DNA from: Nemertoderma westbladi
Taxonomy: Eukaryota > Animalia > Xenacoelomorpha
Assembly: GCA_032718475.1 (NCBI GenBank)
Contig: JAUCBJ010008400.1
Location: 20,032-84,031, forward strand
Direction of reading: 5' to 3'
DNA length: 64,000 nucleotides
Shown: positions 31,971 through 43,165 of the stretch, one piece after another
Position numbering within the stretch: position 1 is the first letter of the stretch
Layout: each line of letters starts with the position of its first letter
Translations under genes and position numbers: made by a program
Notes under the pieces: model-generated
What the model saw: only the letters and a program-made list of their open reading frames with translations
What the model was told of the DNA's origin: nothing
The model's database searches: none

Positions 31971-32843
31971 ATGGCCACAGATACATATATCACTCTACTT
32001 TCAGATAGTTCATTAAACACTTACCCCAATAATAATCCTAGCGAGTTTACTGTTGATTTAGCCGAAGAATTATATATTGGTCCAAACGCTAAAATTGGGC
32101 TTGCCGAGCTTCAATATCAAGCAACATACAGTAATATTACGCTGCAAACTCAAATCTCACTCTCAATCGGGGTAGATGCAAAAGATGCCAAATTATATAG
32201 TTTATTTCCTGGTATGCATAACTCTATTCAAGTCATTATTGATGATATAAATAAACTGTTTAATTCTGAAGCGAAATATAGAGATTTCGAATTCATTTTT
32301 AATACAAATAATTCTAGAATTAAATTTAAATTTCCTAAAAAGTTGAAAAAAATACAATTAAGTCTACGTGGTGATTTAATACAAATTCTAGGCTTAAAAC
32401 CGTTATTGGATCGGAATCATCCGGATATTCCGAATTGGGATATATACAGTACCACTACAGTAGATGAATTAAGCAATATAGAACAGCCGATATTAATTTT
32501 AAATTATAGCGGGCCAAAAATTTCGGAAATTGGCATTTTAGATTTTCCAGCTCCCACGAATATAACACGTAATAAAGACACTATCTTTATATACACAGAT
32601 ATTATTAAGAGCTCATTTGTTGGCGACGCTTTAGCTCCGCTCTTAAGAACCTGCCCTTTAACGCAATTAAATCGAAAATATATTAATCACGAATACGAGA
32701 GCATTTGCTATTACCCGTTGTTGAATAAAAAACTAAAAACAATCTTAATTACTTTACGTGACGGACAAGGCGAATTAATTAACTTCAGCGGAGGTCGCAC
32801 TGTTATAACACTTAAGTTAATACGGGGTGGCAGTGATGGGTGA
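31971..32843 (+). CDS. Minor capsid (penton-like) protein 1
   Basis: YITLLSDSSLNTYPNN..SEFTV.L...IGLAEL; IYTDII..SFVGD..APLLR; YYPL. Confidence 0.85.
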   Translation: MATDTYITLLSDSSLNTYPNNNPSEFTVDLAEELYIGPNAKIGLAELQYQATYSNITLQTQISLSIGVDAKDAKLYSLFPGMHNSIQVIIDDINKLFNSEAKYRDFEFIFNTNNSRIKFKFPKKLKKIQLSLRGDLIQILGLKPLLDRNHPDIPNWDIYSTTTVDELSNIEQPILILNYSGPKISEIGILDFPAPTNITRNKDTIFIYTDIIKSSFVGDALAPLLRTCPLTQLNRKYINHEYESICYYPLLNKKLKTILITLRDGQGELINFSGGRTVITLKLIRGGSDG

Positions 32844-33681
32844 ATTCTACGTAAGACTACCAAGTAATTCCTGTCCAATTGATTTTCCCCGCAATAGCGC
32901 TAGTAATTATCAGATAAATTTCCATGGCGCCTTACCTATAAACCCAAACGAAAACTTGGTGGTAGGTATAAAAAGTATATTTTACTTAGCTACATTGCCG
33001 TCCATGTATAACAATGTAGAGAATGTTATTTTATTAAAAAAAGGAAAAAAAAATTTTGAGGATACACTTCCATCCGGTTTGTTCTATAGTATCAATGACA
33101 TTATAGATTATTTTAACACGGGGGCGTTGAAAGATAAATTACAAATAGTTGAAAATACTCAGCAAAATAGGTTGCAATTTATTTTAGGGAAAACTGTGCG
33201 AGAGTTATTTATAGGTCAACAATTAGCCTATTATTTTGGAATTACTGAAAATAATCTCGGCGCAAATTTAAATCCAAATTTTAAAATTATTTTGAAGACA
33301 AAAAATAACATAAAGGGTTATTTAATAAAGGTTATCGGAAATGGAGAAAAAGCTTACCAGATGGTATTTTTATGCCCTCAACCACCCAATTCTATTCCAG
33401 AACCTAAGTCGAACATGTACGTGACTACTAATATAATTGAAAATCAATATATTAATGACTTTGGTTTAGCTTTACTTCGTCGTGTTGCGATACCTGATGA
33501 CGTGAAATATGGTAGCGTAATAAATAAAGAATTTGTCAAGGATACAATTCATTATATCCCTGTAAAAAAATCATATAAGAGAACATACATTCATATTGAA
33601 ATAACAGACAAAGAGGTTAAAGATTTGAATTTTGAATACGGGACAACATCTATTACATTACACTTTAAACAAATAAATTAA
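32836..33681 (+). CDS. Minor capsid (penton-like) protein 2, tandem paralogue
   Basis: FYVRLPSNSC...FPRN.ASNY....VGIKSI; YVTTNII....ND...LLR; YIPV; ITLHFK; ATG at 32836 overlaps previous stop. Confidence 0.8.
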   Translation: MGEFYVRLPSNSCPIDFPRNSASNYQINFHGALPINPNENLVVGIKSIFYLATLPSMYNNVENVILLKKGKKNFEDTLPSGLFYSINDIIDYFNTGALKDKLQIVENTQQNRLQFILGKTVRELFIGQQLAYYFGITENNLGANLNPNFKIILKTKNNIKGYLIKVIGNGEKAYQMVFLCPQPPNSIPEPKSNMYVTTNIIENQYINDFGLALLRRVAIPDDVKYGSVINKEFVKDTIHYIPVKKSYKRTYIHIEITDKEVKDLNFEYGTTSITLHFKQIN

Positions 33682-33682
33682 A

Positions 33683-34230
33683 ATGGATTCTGATTTATTT
33701 CAAAGATACAGTAAACCTCAATATGGTGGTTCAGACTCTAATCTTGCTGTTTTTAAAGGTGGTAGAAGTACCAGAGGTTCGACGCAAGTTCCTGTTTTTC
33801 GAGGTGGTTCATATATTGACCCTTACGGTCAACAAATTGGCACATTTGGTCCAAACTTAAAACAACGTCGTTTTCAGCGTTATCGTAGAGTTATGCAGGC
33901 AAAAATCAACACGGAGAAGGTATATTTACAGACGCCTTATCGACATTGAAAAAATTTGGTAAGCCATTAGCTAAAAAAGTTTTACAGAAAGCTTTACCAT
34001 TTACCACAAAATTTATACCAAAAGGTAAGCGGGTCTTACATCAGCAGGCTAATACGGTTATTAATAAAGCATTAAATAAAATGAAACCGTCAACAAGGTC
34101 AGTTGTAGAAAAAGTTTATAGAGATTTAAAGCGACCCGCTAGACCAATGTCTATGAACATACATCATCGACGTAGTAAAAAGAGAAATATAAAGGGCAAA
34201 CTGAAACACTGCGAAAAAAGTATTTTTTAA
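33683..34230 (+). CDS. Basic core-protein-like ORF(s) with xxGG motifs (33683-33949 and 33946-34230; possibly one frameshifted gene)
   Basis: QYGG, FKGG, FRGG then K/R-rich amphipathic segment ending SIF, directly before the major capsid gene. Confidence 0.6.
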
Positions 34231-34232
34231 TA

Positions 34233-35492
34233 ATGTCAATTATTAAGGAATTAGATTTATTTTCTACACAGCCAATACAGACTGAATTTAAAGCAAAGCA
34301 TTATGAAACAATTTACCCCGTATCTAATCTCAGAAGTGAATCTAGGGAGGTCACGTTCCTTGTACCGAGATCCAATGAATTCTATACGAAACTGCAAGAC
34401 GCGTTATTAATTACAAAATGTACTGTACGATGGGATAGACGACTTGAAAACTCCCATATTTATATGCTGAATTACCCCGCTGAAACTATGTGGAGTGATA
34501 TTAAAATAGACCTTAATGAGAAGCAGGTTGAAAATAGCAATAACCATTATTTCTACAAGTCGTACTTATCCAATTTATTATTTACAACTTACGAGGATAA
34601 AAATGGGTTACTGGGTGCGGGTGGCTTTCATCAACCTTTATCTGAACACGGAAATGAAATTGATCCCGGCGCGCATCCTATTGACGAGGCCTTTAGTAAA
34701 CAAATGCAATTTGTAAGTGGATTGACAATTGATTTTGATACTGAAACTAAAATAATACAACCCGGGTATGATTTAAGAATGCATTTTAGAAAAGTATCAA
34801 ATTCGTTTATTTTTAAAATCACTCCACACGCAAACGCTGTGACAAATCTTCGGTTAGAATTAGATGAAATAAAGATCCTAATCCCTAGAATGGAGGTTAA
34901 TCCAGTAATAGAAAGCAGTCACCTAAAAGGTTTAGAGAGTTACGATATTGAATATCAATTCCAAAAAAAGGAGGTGACAACATTTACTATTCCCGCACAA
35001 ACCACAAATTACACCCAAACAAACATATTTGATGGTAAAAAACCCAAATTAGTTATTATCGGCTTCATAACAAATAACGCTTATTCGGGAGAATTAATTA
35101 GCAATCCCTTGAAATTTGAACATTTTAACCTTAGACGCGCGGAGCTGATTGTAGACGGTCTTCCAGTAGGGGGTGTAATATACGAGCCTAATTTTACAGA
35201 TGGAACATATATTTTTGAGTATACTCAATTAATGAAGAACATTAATACATATATTAACGGTTATGGAGGTAATAATATAGACCATGAAACCTACTTAGGT
35301 AATTGCCCCATCCTATCCTGGGACCTAACCGCCGACGGCTATGTTAGAGATCCGCAACCGTCGATATATACTAACGGTCAATTAAAATTAAGATTTGCCG
35401 AACCGTTGGTTGAAACCATAAATGTAATCGTTTTTAATATTTATGATCAATCATTAAGTTTAAATAGCAGGAAAGAAATACATATCGATTAA
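34233..35492 (+). CDS. Major capsid protein (double jelly-roll, hexon-like)
   Basis: ELDLFSTQPIQT..YETIYP, NPLKFEHFNL, WDLT.D, LKLRFAEPL..TINVIV; 419 aa between core ORF and protease. Confidence 0.88.
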   Translation: MSIIKELDLFSTQPIQTEFKAKHYETIYPVSNLRSESREVTFLVPRSNEFYTKLQDALLITKCTVRWDRRLENSHIYMLNYPAETMWSDIKIDLNEKQVENSNNHYFYKSYLSNLLFTTYEDKNGLLGAGGFHQPLSEHGNEIDPGAHPIDEAFSKQMQFVSGLTIDFDTETKIIQPGYDLRMHFRKVSNSFIFKITPHANAVTNLRLELDEIKILIPRMEVNPVIESSHLKGLESYDIEYQFQKKEVTTFTIPAQTTNYTQTNIFDGKKPKLVIIGFITNNAYSGELISNPLKFEHFNLRRAELIVDGLPVGGVIYEPNFTDGTYIFEYTQLMKNINTYINGYGGNNIDHETYLGNCPILSWDLTADGYVRDPQPSIYTNGQLKLRFAEPLVETINVIVFNIYDQSLSLNSRKEIHID

Positions 35493-35518
35493 GTATATTA
35501 TCTACAGAGGACCTTGAT

Positions 35519-35947
35519 ATGTTTCCAGTGGGTGGTCACTATTTGGGTGCGTTTCCAGCTAATAAATTACCTAAATTAGATAATAATAAGCGGCAGGATT
35601 ATGGGCTAATAGTAAATACCGATAAAGAGCATCTGCCCGGGATTCATTGGATCGCGATATATATACGAGATAATGAGGCTGAAGTATTTGACTCGTTTGG
35701 ACCAAAATATCCAAACAGATGCATCGAAAAATGGCTTGAGAAAAATTCCGCAAGGTGGCGTACTACTCGCAAACAATTTCAAGACCCAAGGAGGACCACA
35801 TGCGGTCTGTACTGTCTGTATTATTTGGTAAATCGTATTCACACAATCTATCCAATGAGAGCGTTTACAAATAATGTGGAAATAAATGAAATAATATTAT
35901 ATAAATGGCTTGTTAATTATTATAAAATAAACCAACATGCGTTGTAA
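35519..35947 (+). CDS. Adenain/Ulp1-like cysteine protease
   Basis: VNTD....PGIHWIAI, FDSFG, Q......CGLYC (H-D-Q-C catalytic order). Confidence 0.92.
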   Translation: MFPVGGHYLGAFPANKLPKLDNNKRQDYGLIVNTDKEHLPGIHWIAIYIRDNEAEVFDSFGPKYPNRCIEKWLEKNSARWRTTRKQFQDPRRTTCGLYCLYYLVNRIHTIYPMRAFTNNVEINEIILYKWLVNYYKINQHAL

Positions 35948-35982
35948 TTAATCATTTAACTTGCTTTTGTTTATCAGATAAA

Positions 35983-36581
35983 ATGGATAATATTATTTTT
36001 GTTGATTTTCAATATTATAAGATAGACAATAAAGAGTATCCGGTAGTATTTAAAGAATTTGCTATTTTCGATTCTAATTACACCAAAACTAATGTAAAGA
36101 CGTTTTTAATTAAAGGCCCGTCTAATATTAAGTTATCAGCTTTAGATGCAGCCCACGTAAACAATTTACGGGATATGACTTCTCACTTGCCCTGGGACTA
36201 CAGGGACATTTCTCAAGATGACTTTAAATAATAAATGAAGAGACATTTAAAATATAAAAAAAACATTCATGTATTTGGGTTGCTGAAGCGGGCAATATTA
36301 GTTTCCCAACTCGATGTTCTCGAGCCAAATTCGGTGGAGAAATTGGGAATATATAAGCAATATCACGAATATTTAACCCCCTGTCGGTTTCACGACCGAT
36401 TCACTACAGTAGAAAGTAAATGCGCGTTCCACTTAAACACAAAGGATAACTGTCTGCGGTATTGCTCAGCAAAACGCGAGGGGGGTATGAGGTGCTACAT
36501 TTTTTCATGAGAAAGCGTTTAACTGCGACTGATGATGATGATAAACAGAAAGAAATAACTGCGGTGGAAGATGTACTGTAG
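35983..36581 (+). pseudogene. Putative DEDD-exonuclease-like Polinton gene, disrupted (stops at 36229-36234, frameshift near 36490)
   Basis: IFVDFQ...FKEFAI, HLPWD, C-terminal CxxH..C cluster; tail collinear with 2-193. Confidence 0.55.
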
Positions 36582-36949
36582 GTTTACTCTAAGCATGTAA
36601 TGTGATGGGATAATATAATTTTATTTTGGTGATGATCTTGATGTTAATATAAAAATATAATAAAATATAATTTTTTTACAACAAGTTCTCTAAATAAGAG
36701 TCAATTGCGGTAGGTTAACCATGCACATTTAACAATATGACGTAGACGTAACATGTACAGTAAGTATTCTCGATATCATTCTAATATAGATATACTGGTA
36801 TTGCGAAACAACCTATACATCGCAAACTAATAACACATACAGTAGTTGACTAGTAATATTAGTCAGAAATGCAACATAAACTGTATAGGATGTAGTGTTA
36901 ACCTGTTGGTATCGGTACTGATAAATTCAATAATTTATTATAAGCCTAA

Positions 36950-37730
36950 CCACAACTGTCATCCACTTTATCAGTACCGGTAGTGTTTTACTCTTCCAAC
37001 ACTGTAGTCACAGTCTACTGGTATCAGTACAGCAGTAATCTGAAGCAATAGCATACTGCTGTCATGATCTGGATTACACGCAGGGGTCTCTCATATTGGG
37101 ATTAGATCACCTATCCAAACAATACAGTACTGCAGTACTGTCGTTGTTGTTGTAACAGCATAGTCAGATACAGCATACTGATTTCCTTTGATTAGCATTG
37201 TACCGCAGTACCAGTACTACAGTATTAATGTAACAGTACCCGCAGTAACAAACTAGGCTAATGTATACAATATCGTGAGCCAGTTACAATCAGATGTGTA
37301 CGCAGTCAGCCACACTGCGAGGGATGTGGTCAACCTCGCAGCTCCTATCCACAACTGTCATCCACTTTATCAGTACAGCAGTAATCTGATGCAATAGCAT
37401 TTGTTTTTTTTTTACCTATAAGGATACTGCTGTCTACCCGAACCTTGATTAGCATACTGCTGTCATAACCTAGAAGGCACGCGTGGCTCTCACATATAGG
37501 GATTAGATCCCCTACCCAAACAATACAGTACTGCAGTACTGTCTTTGTTGTAACAGTATAGTCAGATACAGCATGCTGATTTCCTTTAATTAGCATTGTA
37601 CCACAGTACCGCTTCTACAGTATTAATGTAACAGTACCCGCAGTAACAAACTAGGCTAATGTATACAATATCGTGAGCCAGTTACAATCGGATGTGTACG
37701 CAGTCAGCCACGCTGTTGGGAAGCGGTCCA
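36950..37730. repeat. ~400-bp diverged tandem duplication inside Polinton B
   Basis: CCACAACTGTCATCCACTTTATCAGTAC at 36950 and 37349; shared ends ...GATGTGTACGCAGTCAGCCAC. Confidence 0.85.
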
Positions 37731-37734
37731 CCTC

Positions 37735-37970
37735 GCAGCCGCCCAGCCACCCTCGCAGCTAGTCACGCAGTCAGCCTCGCGGCACGCAGTCAGCCTCGCG
37801 GCACGCAGTCAGCCTCGCGGCACGCAGTCAGCCTCGCGGCACGCAGTCAGCCTCGCAGTCAGCCTCGCGGCATGCAGTCAGCCTCGCAGCCAGCCTCGCG
37901 GCACGCAGTCAGCCTCGTGGTCAGTCATGCAGTCAGCCAGCCAGCCACGCAGCTAGGCACGCAGTCAACC
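37735..37970. repeat. GC-rich 19-bp minisatellite
   Basis: GCACGCAGTCAGCCTCGCG units. Confidence 0.9.
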
Positions 37971-38058
37971 CGTGAGAGTCATGCTTATTCAAACGAGGTT
38001 AGTTTTCCCTAACTACCGATTGATTGATTGAAAAATAATAATGTTTAATTTTCACCTT

Positions 38059-38607
38059 CTAATCACCAACACCTAAAGTCACAACACCAAACATTAATAA
38101 ATAATTAACAAGTTTACTAAATATTGGGTAATAAATGTGAAATTTGCTAGGTGAACACATTAAAGTACATTTACCGGTATGAAAGCAGCAAATGACTACG
38201 GTATTATTTATTCTTATTTTGCAATTATTAAAAATTTCAGGTTCATATATAACTTGAACATACACATGTTGTACATATACAACATAAAACCCTGTATTGT
38301 TTATCAATAACCTATAGACTACAGACTTAATACTAAAAATATAAGTACATAAATTAACAGATTTTAAAATCAAATTAATACTAGTTTTATCAAATATATG
38401 TTTTTTTACTTTTTGGAAATTATACTTACTACCTAATAATGTAATACGACCATTTTTAAATATTAATAATGTGGCACCAAATATCTTATATATAAACTGA
38501 TTTGGTTTGAGTATGTGTTTACCAGATAATTGATTTTTTAATTCTTTCAAATTAATCGCTGACACTTGCTGGCAACTTACATTCTTATTGACTATCTGAT
38601 AGTTCAT
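38059..38607 (-). CDS. TATA-binding-protein (TBP)-like protein, 182 aa, intact
   Basis: Two TBP repeats: IVN...INLKEL...ATLLIFKNGRITLLGSK and VN...YEPEIF...CCFHTGKCTL...YPIF (cf. TBP ALIFSSGKMVCTGAK, YEPELF, LIFVSGK, IYPIL). Confidence 0.85.
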   Translation of the reverse strand: MNYQIVNKNVSCQQVSAINLKELKNQLSGKHILKPNQFIYKIFGATLLIFKNGRITLLGSKYNFQKVKKHIFDKTSINLILKSVNLCTYIFSIKSVVYRLLINNTGFYVVYVQHVYVQVIYEPEIFNNCKIRINNTVVICCFHTGKCTLMCSPSKFHIYYPIFSKLVNYLLMFGVVTLGVGD

Positions 38608-41600
38608 TGTTTGGTTCCCGATAAATTGGTATATTGTTTTTTTTCATAGGTTTTTCGACCTTTGTTTGATAGTGACCCCAGGGAAGCGAATGATTTTTAT
38701 TAACCCAATAAAGTTTATCATCAAATGCGCTGAGAGCAAACTTATCTCATGCTATAGTATACACTTTGTGTAATTTACTCTGAAATTGATGTGTTTCTTT
38801 TGAAATTTCTTCGTTATCGTAATAATATGCCCTCAAATAATCTTTGTGACAAATATTTTTATCCACGACAGCTCTTGTTATTCCTTTCGCCCGTCATATG
38901 TTGGATTCATTGAATTCCAAAATTGAATATAATTTTGGTCTTAAAAATACTGCTTGTTTAATCTCTCGTGAGGCTAGTTCATCTTTACAGTAATAGAGCC
39001 TGGATTTATTTTTATCGCTGTAAAGAGGGTGATCCTTGGGGTAATTGGATGTATCTAGAATATTATTTTTAATTAAGGCTTTTAAAAAATTATTCTGCGA
39101 TGTATTATAGTAACAACCTATTAAAGAGTCCATGTCTGATGCTACAATTTCAATTCGACAGTTTAATTCTTTCTCAATAGGTAGCAATTTATCGTAATAC
39201 AGCTGATACATATCCAATTTAGCCAAGTCCAAGACAGTACAACCTACATAGACTGGTTTATCGAGAGTTACAGAGTCTTTCACTAATAAATGTCCCGATA
39301 AGGAATCGTTATAAATCATGAAATTTTCATGATTTATACGTTTGACTAATTGGTCACATTTTTCTTTACTATTTGCGATACGAAAGTTGCATCGATCCCG
39401 TATATTCTCTATAGTTTTACCAAATAAAGAATTGTTCAGCAATTTCGCGACAGCTGTTTCAATATAACTTTTTGCTAGTCGCCTTTGATTAATATTAAAA
39501 TCTATATAGGGTTTAAATACAAAGTCTTGATGGAAAGAATATAATTTATGGAGCTTAGTAACAATTAAACCTTGTTTTATATAAAATTTTAACAGTTTTA
39601 AATTTACATGATAGAATTCTTTATCGAATTGTGTCAACATAAGTTTCGGTGCACACATCTTATACTTGCTATTAGTGCCTCTTTGTTTACAAACATTGTT
39701 AAATTGTTCCCTCATATAAGGTGAAAGCATTGTCTTATTTATACTTAAATGTTCTGGAGCTAAGGGTAGTTCTAATGTACGATCGTGAATATCTTTGGGA
39801 TATTTCAAATCGCAAATTAAGAAAAACCCAATATCACCTTCAGTATCAAGATTTGTTAAATATTTTATCAGTTCTTATGGAGCAGCATTCTCTAAATATG
39901 TTACGTTGACTTGTTCAAAACCTGAAACAGGTAGCTTTTTACTTAAATTACCAGAATACAAGGAATTAAAATCTATATTGAAAATATGACACTCTTCCTT
40001 GCTTGGATCATAATTATCAGTATCTGGTATATTTGATTCTATGTAATGCTTTCGACAGAATGAAACCCCTCCTCTAATAGATGCTTCAAAATCTCTATAT
40101 GTTTGGTAATCTTTTATTAATGTTAACTTACATTTATTGTATTTCAGGGCGCAATCATAAGTGAAAGCTGCGATACTGCAATAATAAACTACTTCTAATT
40201 CGTAGTTTTGTCTACACACTCTCCTAAAGTTCTCAAATATATCAGCGAGGAGACAAACATCGAGTTTTAAGTATGCTAAAAGATAATCCTTGAGATTCAC
40301 ACAGTCAAACTGACTCCATGATGCGTTGGCAAAACTATATTCCTCGGGTGTACAGGTATTTTGTGTTAATTTACTATAAAATTTGTCTATTGGTGGTAAT
40401 TTCGAATCATTGAATTTATTTAAATCTGTCAGATACTCGTAGGGAAATATACCTTTTCGTTTAATTGTTGCGTTATTTAAATTTGGATAAAAATATTTCA
40501 TTTGCTGTTCAGTAATTGGTAGAACTGATGTTATATCCTCGCTGTCTATATCCTTTGTTGAACAATCAACTAAAGTACTTAGGGAAAAGGATAAAAATTG
40601 ATATGTGTCTAAGACACGTAGCTCGATCTTAGTTTTTTCATCTTTTACTGGTATATGCATACTTAGTGAAATATACCTTTCAGAATTTTTAGGGATCACC
40701 TTTATATCCCAATCGGAATATTTATTATTGCTAAAACCAACTTGTAAAAGAAAATGCAAATCGTAGAGATTGCAGTTGTGTGCAGCGAGTATATACATGT
40801 GTCGTTTCAACGATAAAGAGCGGTTACATGCGTTACAAGCGGCCGCTATATAGTTACCAGTAATATGTGAGTGATGTTTGTTTTTCTCAGACTTATCCTT
40901 AAATAAAACATTGCAATAAAAGCAAGTTTTAGCTTTCCAAAAACTTAACTTATCTACATCATTAAGTGTCATTCTCTCTCTTGTGTGGTCTTCCGACCAC
41001 TTATATAATTGGGTGATGTCATTATATACAGAGTCTAAAAAGTCTTGAATACAGTTGTTGTCGATTGTTTTTGTAAAGGTCTTCAAATAAAATTTTGGTG
41101 GATTGATTAATTCACTACTAGGAACAATTAAATAACTTACAGCGCAAGGAATATGATTCTGAATAAATTTACTGTTGCTGGCTGGCTCCAAAATAGATTC
41201 TATGTCAAAATATATTACAAACAATGCTGGTAATGTTCTGTCTAAATTTCTAAAGCTAATGTGAGTTCTTTTTTCAGATGGTAGCTTCTCAACTTGACTT
41301 TTTCCTCGATAACAAGCAAGATGGTGACGTTCTAGAACATCATTGGTGTAGAAAGGCGCCAAACACCGTTCACAATATTTCCTACCACGAGTATGAAGAG
41401 CTCTCGTATTCATCAAACGATTCAAGTTAGTTATGCAAACATAATGTGATTGTTTACTCGTATTCTTATTTTTTACAAGTAATATATTCAATAACTCTTT
41501 ATCTGGAGTGATTTTACTAAATGGTGCCTGTCTTAATATAGATACTCGATTGTTGTTGTAGAGTAATAAATTAATTATATATGCTGAATTCTGTTTTTCA

Positions 41601-42610
41601 AAAAGTGTAATTGCAAGCGGCCATTTTGTTGGATAATCTTTGTTCCCATTGTCAAAAATGAAATGACTCATATAATCTGTGTACTGTGAAGTACGATATT
41701 TGTGATCTTTCACTTTGCTACTAAATTTTGTAGCTATAATTGCCCATTTAAAACAATCATTATCAGCCGTTTGTATATTTATAACACATTTTTTAACTGA
41801 TAGAGCCTTAGGTAACTCCATATAACCGTGTCCCTTATATAGTAACGACCTACACTTGGATTCAGCTACTTTAATTTCAACCCTTAATAAAGATTTAACA
41901 CGCCACCCTGAACCACGAGTGTTAAACATGGCTATTTTTTGCATTAATTTTTCTAATACATACTCAAACCATGTGTCAAAACTTTCATGTGAATCTACGG
42001 TATTAACTGCACTACCTGAAGAACTAAAATAGAAAGCTTCTTCTTGATCACCCTCTGAAAAATGTGATCGATACATGAGTATATTCACACCTAGCCAGGG
42101 TCTAAGTACATTCATTTCGCTAAGTTTTCCTAATAATAAAGTTTGGATGTGAGGTAGAATTTTAATTAATGATGAATGAATATCAGGAAAATCTTCATCA
42201 TTTGGAAGATTGTAAACATAGATTTCTAAACGGTTATCGTGTGCGGCTCGTTCAATGTTAAAAATTGATGAACCTTGACCAGATTTCAGTCTTTTTCTAG
42301 ATACGATAGTATTGTTTTGGTTCCGTTGTGGTGGTGGTCTAACATGATAATAACGTTGGTGACAGTCGTGACGTAAGTAATTCTCATATAAATACTCTTT
42401 ATTACAAGTAGGGCAAGTTTTTTCATAGATGCAAAACTTCATTTCTTTACATCCTGTAGTTGTTTCATGTCGTTTACATATTTCTTCACGTGAACATTTC
42501 ACTCGACAATTAAAACAATTGTATTCTTCAAAATGAGATTTCACATGTGTTAAATAATTTCGTTTAGAAATTTGAAGAGGACAAAATGGACATTTCAATT
42601 GTTTATCCAT
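38585..42610 (-). pseudogene. polB: Protein-primed DNA polymerase B of Polinton B with N-terminal zinc fingers; three in-frame nonsense codons
   Basis: Collinear with pPolB A; stops at 39875, 38894 and about 38747 read through in frame; motif C altered to SDMDS. Confidence 0.93.
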
Positions 42611-43165
42611 CTCTTTATTATCCTAAAAACAATTTAAAATTAATATGAATATTGTTATATATATAATAAAAAAAAACTCATAAGCTACTCAACACAAATA
42701 AAATATAATATCTAAACTTTAATTAATTTAATATTTTCAGAATGAGCTCGATTGAATCAGTTGAGCTCTTTATATATATATATTTCAAGTTTCTACTTAT
42801 ACCAACCAATCATAAATAACAGTTACATTGGAAACTAATATCATAAATAAAGTTGCTTTTACAACTGAATTCTTTATAATAAAATCAAGTCTAAACCAAG
42901 ATGTGCATAATGCGTTTTTAATTTTCATTGATAAAGTAGGTTTTACATGCAAATGTTTTATTATGGTGGTGTAAACTCATGCATTTACATGCGAATGTTT
43001 TATACCTAATCCCGTGCTCACATTAAATATAAACTATCACGAATATTTACTCAATAAAGTCACCTTTACATGCAAATACTTTATAATAATCACGCTTTGT
43101 GATAAAAAGTTACCTTTACAAGTCAGTGTGAAACTGAAAAAGAAAAGTCTCTAGTTAATAATAAA

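Noticed and set aside
37692-38012. 106-aa repetitive ORF
   Set aside because: Translation of a 19-bp minisatellite
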